64,000 nt of DNA from Marsupella aquatica. Taxonomy: Eukaryota; Plantae; Marchantiophyta. Where the stretch lies: contig OZ316891.1 of the NCBI GenBank assembly GCA_973895155.1, positions 22,209,168 through 22,273,167 on the forward strand, written 5' to 3'. The notes under the pieces were generated by a model that worked only from the letters and a program-made list of their open reading frames with translations, did not search any database and had not been told where the DNA came from. Within the stretch, counting starts at the first letter, position 1; every line of letters starts with the position of its first letter. Made by a program: the position numbers and the translations under genes. Below are positions 25,936 through 37,518 of this stretch, in pieces.

Positions 25936-27782
25936 CACTTCGATGAACTGCGAAGGTACTCGTACTCGTACCCGCTCCCCCTTCCCCCCGGTCTCCTATC
26001 CGGTTCTCATCCCTCATTCGCGGAGTCTCTTGTTTGCGTCTCTCCTGCCTGTAGCTCCTTCATCTTGGTTGGTCTCTGTTGTTTCCCTGCAATTGTTCGT
26101 CTGCTGGCATCCTGCTGTCTACGGTACACATCGCCTGTCACGGACATTGGCTGAAGCAAGATCAAATAACTTAATTTCTTGCCATCTTTGGAGGCTGCTT
26201 AATTGTCCTTCTGCCGGCCTCGTCCTCCTCTTCCTATCAGCTCAGCTTTAGCTCGCTGACTTGACTCCCTCGCCTGCTGCTCTTCCTTCAGCTCAACCTC
26301 CAAGGTGGACTTGCAGATTCAGCCAAAACTCGTTCGATCGCGTCCCCCTCTACTGCCGTCATTGTCGACCAAAAGAGCAAAATCGATCGGTGCCTGATCA
26401 CCATGAACAACATCCCATCCCATCCTATCCGATCTCATCCCTCCCCTGCCGGCCGGCCAGCTTCCCTGCCAACGAACGAATGAACAAATGGCCAACTGCC
26501 TCAGTTTCTTTCCTACCTCTCTAGAATTGGGTCTCATCTTGGGAATCACCGAGAAAGAGTCGAAGACAAAGTCAAGGGTTTCAGTTTCTCTGCCGTTGAT
26601 CTTCTTTCTTTGCGAGTCAGTGGTTGATCACGCACGTTGTCTGTGGGGCCTTGTGGGACCTTGTCAACTCTTCCCTGAATTGAAAAGCCTTTGCCACAAA
26701 TTTGATGAGAGGTCTCAAATCTACCCCCCGTATGTGACACTAATTGTTCCCTTGTTTCCACCGCCGACCCGCCCTTCTGCGTATAGATGATCTATAACGC
26801 CTCCAATGTCAGACAAATACTCTATGAGGCCACCCCTGTGACAGATACTTCACTCCCAGCCCTAGGACATATAACCTACAGTACTCGCACATTCAATGCG
26901 GGTTTGTGTTTGTGCAATCATCTGCAGAAAGAGCCTCTCCCATTCTGCAACATTCGAAGACATGACAGAATTAGTGACCGTCACATTATTCCATGCATTG
27001 AACGACCCACGACGAAGACAATATGGATCTTGAAAAGAAACAGATGGACAGGTTCCCTGCAGACAGTTTCGCTAGCTAGGCCTGGGGTAACACTAGACCC
27101 ATCTCACGATCTCATATTTCTGGAGGTCTCATCCGTTTCGATCGGAGCTTCGATTGTTCAGTGCGATAGTACACATGATTTCTCTCATGGAAATAACCCC
27201 CAATGATTGAAAAGTGGACAACCATTTCTGACTTCATCAGAATACAGAGAAGTGCATTGTTTCCAACGTTTTTCTTGTCTCAAAAGCTGCTCGTCAAAAT
27301 GTAGCCGGACTGCTCAGTAAAACTTTAGCCAGGTTGTGAACATGATTGGAGAGTGTCTGTAGCGTCCTGAAGTTGAAAATTGTTCACGTTTCAGGCTGAA
27401 GTTTTGCTGACGTTGTGCGGATGTCATCAAGAATGGTCTGCGAGAGAAAACTGACTTACTTTTTACTCATGCAAAGTTGGAGATGATGGCACCTGATAAA
27501 CATTTACTCTTGAAGTTGAGACGTTAAAGACAACGAGAAGACCAAAATCAGGCTAAGGAGCGATTGATTTTGCTGGACAGCAAACTGAGGAGTGATCACT
27601 GAGCACTTGTGATCACTGGTAAAAGAAGAGACGTAGGTTGAGGGCCTTTGTGTCCATTGTGACAACTGTCTTTTTTGGCAGATCATTGGAATAGAAGAAT
27701 TAGAATTTTTGCATCGACGTTTGAGTTTGCTGTGACCTGTGGGCTCCCCCATATAGCGAAAGTTAACGCCTGCTTCTGGACA

Positions 27783-28288
27783 ATGCAGGGACCTCCACCT
27801 CCAACCTGCAGTGAAGGATGCACTTCGAGGGTGTATAGAACGCTCAAGAATGTTGATGGTGAGCAATCACGTATGTTTTAAATTAACAATCATATCAATC
27901 CTGGGATTCCTCATCTATAAGACAAAATGCTGTCTCCTAACACTTCAAGCTTTTCACTGGTCGCAGTTCAAATCATTGTTTGAAGTAGTGTGCCATCTGG
28001 TTGTGGAAGTGTTCTTAATGAATGAATCGAGTCACAATTTAGTAATTGTGTAATTACTAGCCTTTTGGGTCATGGCAGATTGCTCAGTCGCTGTTGAAGC
28101 AGTACCCAAGAGTAAATGTGGCAATAACATTTTGCTGAAATGATTTGGTGCAGATGTTACTGAAATTAATGTGAACGCTAGTACCGGAAAATTACAAGTC
28201 ACCGGAAAGGCAAAGCCAGAAAAAGTCTTAAAAGGGAGTGAAAAAGGTGAAACCAGGAGCAGAACTGATTGCTGGAAAGAAAAAGTAA
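27783..28288 (+). pseudogene. Heavy-metal-associated (HMA) domain gene with an apparent 1-nt frameshift
   Basis: Exon ending 27858 (TCSEGCTSRVYRTLKNVD), phase-1 intron 27859-28153, exon from 28154 (DVTEINVNASTGKLQVTGKAKPEKVLK). Removing one base at ~28234 restores GVKKVKPGAELIAGKKK* (TAA 28286-28288), a normal HMA ending. 5' end not defined. Confidence 0.7.
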
Positions 28289-30028
28289 CCGATCCTCATT
28301 TCACCCGGGAGTGTAAGGATGAGCACAATTTCAACTGGTTTGGGATCACTGCTGTGTGAAGTCTTGCTCATACCCTTTGTCCCGGCACACTACTTGGATG
28401 GTAGGCGTTTCGAGAGGCGTGAAGCAGATCACTGTGTTGCACATATCTGGAAAAAGCTGTAGGAGCCCCTGGGAGAGGAAAGCGTTTTCGGCTCTCCATC
28501 AAGCTAGACGTCGCTCAATTGTCCATGCAGCCGGAATCATGTATCACAGCAACACAGATTTTATGGTCCGTCGCCCATCCGACCTATCCCAAATTTGCAG
28601 TAACTACGTTACCCTTGAGGTTGTCAGATAACCTGCAAATTTGAGGCGAGCTGTCCACGAGAATTTCACTCCAGTTTTGACGAGTTCATCTTGATTCATG
28701 ATCACTCGAAGGCAATTTTGCTGAATAGTCGTTTGGGCTACTGAGAAATTACCAGGAATTCCCATCTTCTAGGAAGTGCAAACAACTTTCCAGTGCTCCA
28801 CAGTATTTACTTCACTTGACCTTGTGTTCCGATCACGCCATGTTGAGAGAAGCGAAACGACTATACCGACACACCGCCAGTTTTGTAAATGTCACACAGT
28901 AGTCCCACCTCCTAGTCCAACAGCCTCGTGTCAACTCTCCCTGTCTCTCTAACAAATCACGTAATGGATGCATGCCGTCTTAAACCATGGATGTGGTGGT
29001 ATTTTGCCCTCGCTGATCCCTTGTAGTATTTGGATAGGTGTTGAAATGTACACCTTTCAACAGGATTGTACAAGAAACAAACTCTGTTCTGAGAGTGCTG
29101 CCTCGTATTTTCTTTTCCTTTTATCATGGCATTTTCGAGCCTATCACCATAGGGCGACCATAGATGCATGACTTATCTCTCTGGAAGTTTAATCGTGCAG
29201 CTCTCATTCTTTTTCTTGACACGGTTTATCCGTTTCTTAAAGTTTTGTACTACATGGCTCTGACGTATTGTTCTCTGAAATGTGAGTTTTATTTCTAATT
29301 GTTGTCCAAGTTATGACGACTGATAGAAGCGCTTCTATTCTTAGTGACATTTGGTTTTGCACTTCATATTCAAGTATCCTTTTCAGACGTCAACATGTCT
29401 GGCTCCATTGATAAACTGTGACTTTTATATTAAATAAGGAGAGTTGTGATTGGACTAGAAAGAAACTAAGAAAGTCTGGGGCTTCTTTCTTGTCCAAGGT
29501 TGCTTGTCATCACATCTTGGGTATTTTTGAGTCGCATCTCACTGTAGAGTTTTATCCATAGTGACACACGACTCGGTTCCTTAAAAACCAACTCAATTTT
29601 ATTGTAATCGAAGAATCAAGTGTGCACCATTTGACCTCAAAATTGATTGTTTCTTCTTGACTTTTGCTTCATCAGTTTACCCAATTCGATTGTGTCTCAG
29701 TAAACTTCTAGTTATACAGCCGGTCGATTCTTCTGCCTGGCTTTCCGAGAAGATTTTGCAGAATTGGAAATAGACTAGATAATATGGTTGTGCTTGAGGC
29801 AGATTGCGTGACATCGTCACGCTGTGTAGCCGAAGTTGGAACGACAGTCTTTGAGAGCATGCCCGACAAAATCACCCCGCAGTAGAGCTTGCAGGACACA
29901 ATTGGCCAGAACAATGAATCGGAACGAATCAAATTAATGCAATTGAGCATAAATGAGATCAGGAATAACGCTTTAAGTATAGTACTGCAACAAAAATGTA
30001 TGCGCATAGTTCACTTCTACATTGTTGT

Positions 30029-30769
30029 TCATGCATCAACTGAAGGGATCAAACAACTGTGAACTGCATTTCTCACATCCCACTGCCCATCATATTTACA
30101 TGTAGACACCATCTGAAATCTGAAGTCGTGTTCATCATCGACGGGCAAAACAGCACTGCCAGCTTTGTCAAGAACATTAGACAAAGCCCGTAAACTGTTG
30201 GGAAGAAAAGAAAGCCCAGGTAATCTTCGCCAAATGTGCGATACTCTGTTGTAAACAAATGAATTCCCATTGCCAATACTAATGGGGTAGAACGTGTCCC
30301 AACTGTTAGAAAACTCACTGACTTGCTCCTGGAAAATGATTGCAAGGCGCTGTCTGGCGTCATCATTTCGAGACGAAATTGACGATAATCTCGCCAGCCA
30401 AGCTTTCGAGAGGCTTCGAAATTTGAACAGAGATGGAAATGACACCCTCGACACAATCTTCTCCACCAAGTGTTCTGGTAAGGCTGTACTCTCATCTGCC
30501 ACCTCCAGTTTAATACGCTTGTCACGACCAAACGAAATAATGATCTCTTCGTCATCCGCTCTGACCTCCATCTTAACACATTTGTCGAGATGAACCGATA
30601 CCAAATGTTCTGGTAAAGCTTTACTCTCCTCTTCTTCCTTCATTTTTATACGTTTGTCGCTACCAAACGAAACAATGACCGTTTCTCCCTCCACTCTGAC
30701 CGCCATGTTGATACGTTTGTTGTGACGACAGGAAACGATGACCTCTTCTCCCTTCATCCTCACCTCCAT
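30029..30769 (-). CDS. F-box protein, intronless, probably truncated or pseudogenising, with iterated N-terminal repeats
   Basis: F-box motif LPEHLVEKIVSRVSFPSLFKFRSLSKAW, then FVYNRVSHIWRRLPGLSFLP typical of plant F-box/kelch-like proteins; ORF ends at 246 aa without a full substrate-binding domain. Confidence 0.7.
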   Translation of the reverse strand: MEVRMKGEEVIVSCRHNKRINMAVRVEGETVIVSFGSDKRIKMKEEEESKALPEHLVSVHLDKCVKMEVRADDEEIIISFGRDKRIKLEVADESTALPEHLVEKIVSRVSFPSLFKFRSLSKAWLARLSSISSRNDDARQRLAIIFQEQVSEFSNSWDTFYPISIGNGNSFVYNRVSHIWRRLPGLSFLPNSLRALSNVLDKAGSAVLPVDDEHDFRFQMVSTCKYDGQWDVRNAVHSCLIPSVDA

Positions 30770-32006
30770 GCTGACGACCTTTCTTCAGTAATCTGTGCCA
30801 GTTGTGAGAGACCTGGCCATTCGCCGACGAGCGCTAGGCCACGAAAACGTGAAATGCAACTAACAATTTGAGTTCAACTTCTTACTTTCATTCTAGACTG
30901 GTAGATTTCCACTCCATGCGTCCCACTCACTCTAGTTGAAGTCGACTGGAATGAAATGCGATCCGGCCCGCCGCAATGGAGCTTCCCGCGCTCCCTACCT
31001 AGTCTATTCGGGCCACTCGCATTAATGTGCAATTCAGAGCTCTCCGAACTCGTCCAGCTAGCGCTCACGTAGGAAGTTGCGGGAGTGACATTGGGGAAGG
31101 ACATTTGGGGCGTAACGCTACTGCTGCTTCCGCGGGCTCCTGTTGCAGCAAGATGAGAGGGAGAGCGAGGTGTTATACGCATGTAGCAAATGCAATTGAC
31201 GTCATAACGATATCGTACGCCGAAAGCATCCTGTCCGAACAAATCGAATCCGTGTTTTGAGAAGTTGGACTAAGTACGGGTGCGAGACGAAGGGAACTAC
31301 GTGGTACGTGTTTTCTGAATATGTGCAGACAAAGTGGGAAGTCAGTTTCGGCTGTATTCGCCTTCAAGATTGATCCAAATCCTTCGACGTCCTGAAAAAT
31401 TCGCACCTCGACTGATGAGAGTGACGCAGGATGCTTTTGCTTGAAAGGCATGTCTCTCTTGAACATCCGGTCTTGCAGCTTAGATTGAATATGGAAGGCA
31501 CCAAACGATTTGTAGCAGACCCGCTTCACTCCAGACATTGGAGCTGTCGGGCGGCAGTAAAGATGGCCCTAGTTGTTTAGTTGGGTGTTCGAACTCGGAA
31601 TTCGTAGGAGATAACGTTCCCGACACTGCCGTTCTTGGTAGGTGGTTCGCTTGGTAGTTATGAGCGAGGTTATGAGCCCTTGGCTTTGCTTCGAAATACT
31701 GGCGTAATGAATTGGGTCGATCAATTTGGGAAGCTTCAATCACAGCACAGCAGCGGAGCATAGCCAAGTGACGGATGATTTTCTATTGCTGAAATTTTCC
31801 TTTCGTTTTTCTGATAACATGGATGTTCAGCATTGAAGTACTAGCTAAGTGAGGCCAGGAAGGAACAATGTGTTCAGACAAGTTTACTCTCCAGGGCCTA
31901 TTAGTGACAGCGAACGTGTCCCTGGAGGCCGGTGTCAAATGAGTGTGAATTTTGAATCCCCAAGAGTTCTCGTTTTCATGGTTTGGATAAAATGGCAATT
32001 TATACT

Positions 32007-33730
32007 TGCAATAAACTAAGGGGAACATTTCTGTGACAATATTCTTTGTACACCCTCGATTGAATTGGCTTGATACGGTACAATTACTGATGAAAGTTTT
32101 TAGTCCGAAGTGCAATGCGCGCAGAAAAACCAAATGTGGGGATGTTGCCATGACCTGAGTACTATGTCAGACACAACACCTATAGAAGTGTTGGAAAGGA
32201 GTGGGATGCTGTGAGAAAGTGATCCGGAAACTAATGAGTGTGTACCAGAAGCACTAGCGTGTCCATAACATGTACACTAACTATTCAAAAGTTTAATCAT
32301 CATCGATTCTGCAGAGCCGATAATTAGACAAGTTTCCACAAAGATGATCATCTCTGAGGATGAATCGAGAGTGAACTTGTGCATCCAAAAACAAGGAGTG
32401 AACTTGTACCCCGTTGGATCGATATCCTTCTAGGGAGTTCGGCTAAACCCTGTTCACCTAATTTTGGAATTTGGAATCAACATCTTTCAACAGTACAGTT
32501 CTGGTCCTTGCCCGTGTCTTCCTTCAGAGTTCGCTATAAAAATTCAGGATCGATGTCCATATGAATTGGCTGGCAGAAGGACTTCAAACTCTACAAATAA
32601 AATCAATAAGTGTCTGGAGGGCCAACTGCTGTAAAATTTGATGTGGATCTGGCTGATTGGATGTTTATGGTTTTTCAAACAGGGGCTGATTGGGGCACAG
32701 GGGGTCGGGACATCGGACCCTAGTGCTGAAATTAGTGCAAGGCAGTGACTTGTGCTTTGTTACAAGCTTTACAGGAGGGGAAATGCATTCACAATTCACA
32801 ATTCACAGCCGAGCACAGAATTCACAATTGAATGGCTTTGGGTGTGCTTCAAAGCTACCACTGCTGCTAAGTGTACTGAAAGGGTACAGAACGAGGTGTG
32901 CCACACTCTTAATTTGGTCAATTGGGGGGCCCCGGCCAGTAGATTACTTCTCACATCAGTAGGATATCTCATAGACAAAAGAAAATGGCACCTCACTGGT
33001 GATCCGTGAGGCACTCGGGCGCACAGGGTACTACTGGGCAATAATTTTATTGGGCACTGAAATATGAGGGGACACGGCATACTGTATGCAGGAGTATTCC
33101 TTCAAAATTCGGGACCTCTTACAGTTTGGGGCGTGACTGCTCGGGCCTCACATTTGGTCCCCTACCAGTCACGACTAATGCCCCAACCCGCAAGAGTCCC
33201 AGGTGCAGCCAAAGCTTAAAAACCCCCTATGTATTTGAGATGCCTAAGTGTACCTCCTGGATGTTTAAGTGCTCTACAGAGATTTGGTAAAGTCAGCAAA
33301 GCTAATGTTAGAGGAAACTTATACATTCAATATATGAACAACTCAGTTTGTTTTGTGCTGAAGCAAAATTGAGGCAACAATTTTGGTTTCTTGGTCGGCT
33401 ACTGTGATCCCCAACACGTCTACCAGTGATGAGGAAGGAAGCTTTGTAACTCAAAAGCTTCACAGCAGGTGGAGAAATGGCCTATAGATCGAAGAGCTGT
33501 ACAAGGATGTTCATGATTGTAGAAGTATTTGTATTGGAGAAAGAAAGTGCCATCATTGCCATGGACCCAGTCACACTGTCTTAGTGGAATTAGCTTCCGG
33601 TTATCCCTGATGTATTGTCATACTCTATCCCCTGAGGACGTGGTGGAATCTGAGTGAGAGAAAGCCTCTAAACTACAGTGCTAGGTGTCATGTATGATCC
33701 TGCACTTTCCATGAAAATTCCTCTACTGGC
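32007..33730 (+). repeat. Copy 1 of an old direct duplication (partner 37519-40700)
   Basis: Colinear blocks: 32007-32190~37519-37686 (CATGACCTGAGTAC), 32774-32900~39149-39260 (CGAGCACAGAATTCA, ACTGAAAGGGTACAGAACGAG), 33358-33511~40153-40310 (TTCACAGCAGGTGGA), ~33580-33730~40545-40700. Confidence 0.8.
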
Positions 33731-34382
33731 CAAGCCGTTTGTATACTTTGTATGATTTAAAAATTATTCCACTTGTTATATATATCACCATGCCAAAAAC
33801 AAGAAGCATGACAAGGTCCCAAAGTAGGAAAAACCACGAAGACCAAAGTGCCATGGCACTGTATTCAAAAAGTGGCCATGGGGCACATTATTTTAATAAT
33901 GTGGCCGGGATGTTATATTCAAGTTCTGACAATCGTTTTTCATTTTTGTACTTGAGTTGTGTTAAAAATGGGCATTGGGTTTGAATATTAGAAATGTCAT
34001 ATGATTCATAATTTTGTATCTTTTTTGTCTCAATGTAAAACAGGTTAGGGTCAAACTTCAAACACAATGTCCAACTCAAACACAATGCCAAGGCTTTGTG
34101 TTAAATACTCTTTGTGTTTGAGTTGAACAAAGGTTTTTTTCTGTCAAAGGACCCAAAAATACCATTTTCAATCATTGCAAGGCCATTGCCTGGTGTTGGG
34201 GGAAGATGGTAGTCAGCAGTAAACTGAAAAGCCTGATAGGGTAGGCTAAGAGAGTGGGATCTTGAGGTGGGATAATCCTTAAGCCATGGGAGTGTTACTG
34301 AATCCTTGCCTTAAGGAAAACACAATCATTATCCTTAAGTTCTCAAAATTACCAAACTACATATGAACTCTAGATTCTGTTT

Positions 34383-34385
<3 letters not shown>

Positions 34386-34430
<45 letters not shown>
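34386..34430. repeat. (GA)n microsatellite, ~22 units
   Basis: Perfect GA run, followed by short TGAAT repeats. Confidence 0.95.
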
Positions 34431-34435
<5 letters not shown>

Positions 34436-34574
34436 GAATTGAATTGAATTGACCGAGTGAATCTGCTGCTGTAAATTGGGTTTAAGTCACCTAGGTGGCT
34501 ATGAAATAAAGTTGTATGATAGAAATTAATCTAAAATAGATGGCAAAGCAAAAAATGGTGCAACTCTGGTAAAA

Positions 34575-35150
34575 TGCATTTTTGTAATTTATTAACTTTA
34601 AGTGCACTTTTGTACATTTGGCAAATTATATATAGAATCCAGGTTTGTAATTTTATTTACTTAAAGGGCACTTTGGTATATTTGTAGGGGTGATGGGTAA
34701 CTAGAATCCAGTTTTGTAATTTTATGAACTGTAAGTGCACTTTGATACATTTAGCAAATTGTAGGGTAATTGCTAACTAAAACCCAATTTTCCAATTTTA
34801 ATCAACTTCAAGTGCACTTTGGTACATTTGACAAATCTACAACTATAATAAGGGATACTGCATTTTTTTGTCCTTCCTCCCAATACTAAAAAGCTCATGG
34901 GCGGGAAAGATCCATAGCCGTTGGATTAGTTTGGCTGTTTTTCCTGACCATTGATGAAGGAAATGGGCACCCCTAGCATATGTGCATCCCCACCCTGCCC
35001 CATAAATACCTCGGCCTGACATCCTATGGACCAGCCCTCCTTGCATTGTGCAACGCACAAGCATAGGGCTCTTTGTGAGCATAATTGGCAACTGGAATCC
35101 TGGTTTGTAATTTTATAGAGTGAAAGTGCACTTTTGTACATTTGGCGAAC
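34575..35150. repeat. ~65-85 bp degenerate repeat, 5 copies
   Basis: TTTGTAATTTTA...AAG(T/G)GCACTTT.GTA(C/T)ATTT at ~34580, 34645, 34712, 34790 and 35103. Confidence 0.75.
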
Positions 35151-36488
35151 TGTGGGGGTGATTGATAATTGTCCCTGTCATCTAGTGTAGTTCCCTTCAG
35201 CTAACCTTCAGCCAACTCTAGCTACCAACCCATCAGCCAGCTTCAACACTGGGTTTAGTCCCTCTCCATAATTCCACTTTCCCAGACTAGTCAATAATGC
35301 AAATGATTGATTGACTGTCATCAAGGGAGACTCCCACGACCGAGTGACAGTCAGAACAAAGCGAATTGACTGAACGAAACGAATTATCGAGCAGGCTGAA
35401 GGATGATCGATGGGTCGATCGATCAATCGCACGTGCTGCATAGCTTGGGTGGGTACGCTAGCTACAGCAGCTGCTGTGGGAAGGTTTCGACTTTTCTTCA
35501 TTCGCCGTGACCAGCTTCAAAGTTTGGCCCCAAGCAATTCAATGGCAATGAATGATGCAGCTCAAGCTCCTGCTCCAGCTCCTCGTGTGGCTGGAATTCG
35601 CCGAGCTAACTAGTAGAGCTTGTACGTAGTCTTCAATCTTACCAGAGTCAGTTTGCAGCTGGGGAACAGAATGAATTGATCCGTGCATCCATGAGTCTAT
35701 GAAAGACCTGCAGCTCAGGAGTAAAACGATTAATTGCCTTGCGGGTCTGGTGGTTCTCCAACTTCGTGCCTGCTGCAGGCTTCTGAGAGTACACCAGCCA
35801 GCCACCGACTATTACTAGCAAAGCAGCTCTCAATCAGGCAACCGGAGGAGTTAGTGGATGATCGACGAGCGGAGTAGCGGTTGTTACGATTGAGGTGTGT
35901 CTTGTTGAGCTTCACGTACCTGCTGGAAAGAGTCTCTCTAGCTCACTTGGCATTACTGTGTGTCTCAAGGTTCCGATCGACTCGCAATTCATCTATCCCG
36001 AACGCGCGCGCTCCCGAGATCTCTCCATCCAATTCCTCTGAGAGATCTCTGGAGATTCGTAGAGAAGAAGGTTTTTACGCTTGACGACTTGCTGAGCTTC
36101 ACCTGCGCGCTGGATAGAGTTTCTTTCACTCGACATTTGTATGTGTGTCAACTCAAGTCCATCGATCGGCTCGGAATTCATGATCTCTCCAACCAATTCC
36201 GGTCGCTGCGAGAACGATCTCCGAATTGTGAGATACTAGCTACGACAACGGCAGTCAGCTCCGGTCGAATTGAGTTAGCGAGCTCGGAAACAACAAAGGT
36301 GAAAGGCTGCCCAACAGCTGAATCAGGGTGGTTTCGCTTTTGCAAATTAAATTTTGAAGTTTGAAGAAGCGCTGTTACAATTTACACAGCGAATTGGCAA
36401 GGATCGCCAACAAAAGCTGAGGAAGCAGACGTGCGCACTGGCAAGTTGAGAACTACTGTAGCTAATTGTATACATTGGTAACGTCGAA

Positions 36489-36767
36489 ATGGCAATCGCA
36501 AGGAAGACGAGGCTGATGCCAAGCGGACTGAGACTGGCCAGCGTGCTTGCACTGGCGGTGGTCTACCTAGTGTGCATGCACGCGACGGCGACCATAGCTC
36601 AAGACCTGGACATGGACGCCATCCTAGCCGCGTCCCCGGCGCCATCTCCGACTGCAGGAGGCAACGCAACGGGCTTCAACTTCTCCAGTATTCTTCTCTT
36701 CAGTGCCTTATCAATATGTTTCAGCTACAGTTTCCTCAGCTTTGGGTCCGGACGCCATCCAAAGTGA
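36489..36767 (+). CDS. Arabinogalactan (AG) peptide-like secreted protein, probably GPI-anchored, 92 aa
   Basis: Hydrophobic signal segment (LASVLALAVVYLVCMHATATIA/Q), short mature part with the ASPAPSPT glycomodule, small-residue omega region (AGGNATG) and hydrophobic tail (ILLFSALSICFSYSFLSF). Confidence 0.72.
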   Translation: MAIARKTRLMPSGLRLASVLALAVVYLVCMHATATIAQDLDMDAILAASPAPSPTAGGNATGFNFSSILLFSALSICFSYSFLSFGSGRHPK

Positions 36768-37518
36768 GCCGAAGTACAATTCAATTTAGAAATCATGACG
36801 TGCTCCTGGTAAGTGACCAATTCTTGTTGTAATCATCCATCACAGTCACCAGAAAGTTTTGAAGAATCGTCTAGTCTAAATTAAAATTGCTCTAATCTAA
36901 GGTGCACTTGAGTGTAAATTTTCTCCACTTTACCATCGATGTTAGCAAGCATTGAAGTGACTCATAGCGTTGGTGCAATTCACTCGAAACAGCCTTGCAG
37001 TGGGACGGTGTTCAATTCTCTCCATTTAAATCTGAGATTCCTAGACGTCAACTCTTGAGTTCGATTTTCTTTTATTGACTCGGAAGCAACTCCTGCGTTC
37101 TCAAAGTTTGTTCAAATTCAAAAGCGCGGCAGGTCCTTCGTTTTGCCTCTCTAATCTTCTGCTGTTCACTCCCGTGTACACTTCAGTTCCCATTTTCGGA
37201 CTCTTGAACTGTTCATGGTCGAAAGAACTTTGACTGAAGACTTGGGTAGCGAAAAATAGGACTTTGAAGTCGCAGTCCTCTCTCTTCCCGAGTAATTAAG
37301 TTGGGTTTTGAGAGCAGCTAGTAATTGAAGGTCTCTTGGGTGTGATGCAGGATACATAATTGGCAGATTTGCCATCAGACAAAGTCGTCACTTATCAGGA
37401 CGCGAGCCAATGAATCTGCGAGGGCGAGGGCGGAGACCAGTGTCAAGCTAGTTACAATTTTGAATCTCCAAGGAGGCTTGTCCTGATTTGGAGACTTGAA
37501 GTTAGAGTTCATGTAGAT

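Noticed and set aside
35700-35980. Possible TAS3 locus (CTCCTGAGCT and ACCTTGAGACA on the - strand)
   Set aside because: Only ~10 nt match a miR390 site and no second site flanks the putative tasiARF.
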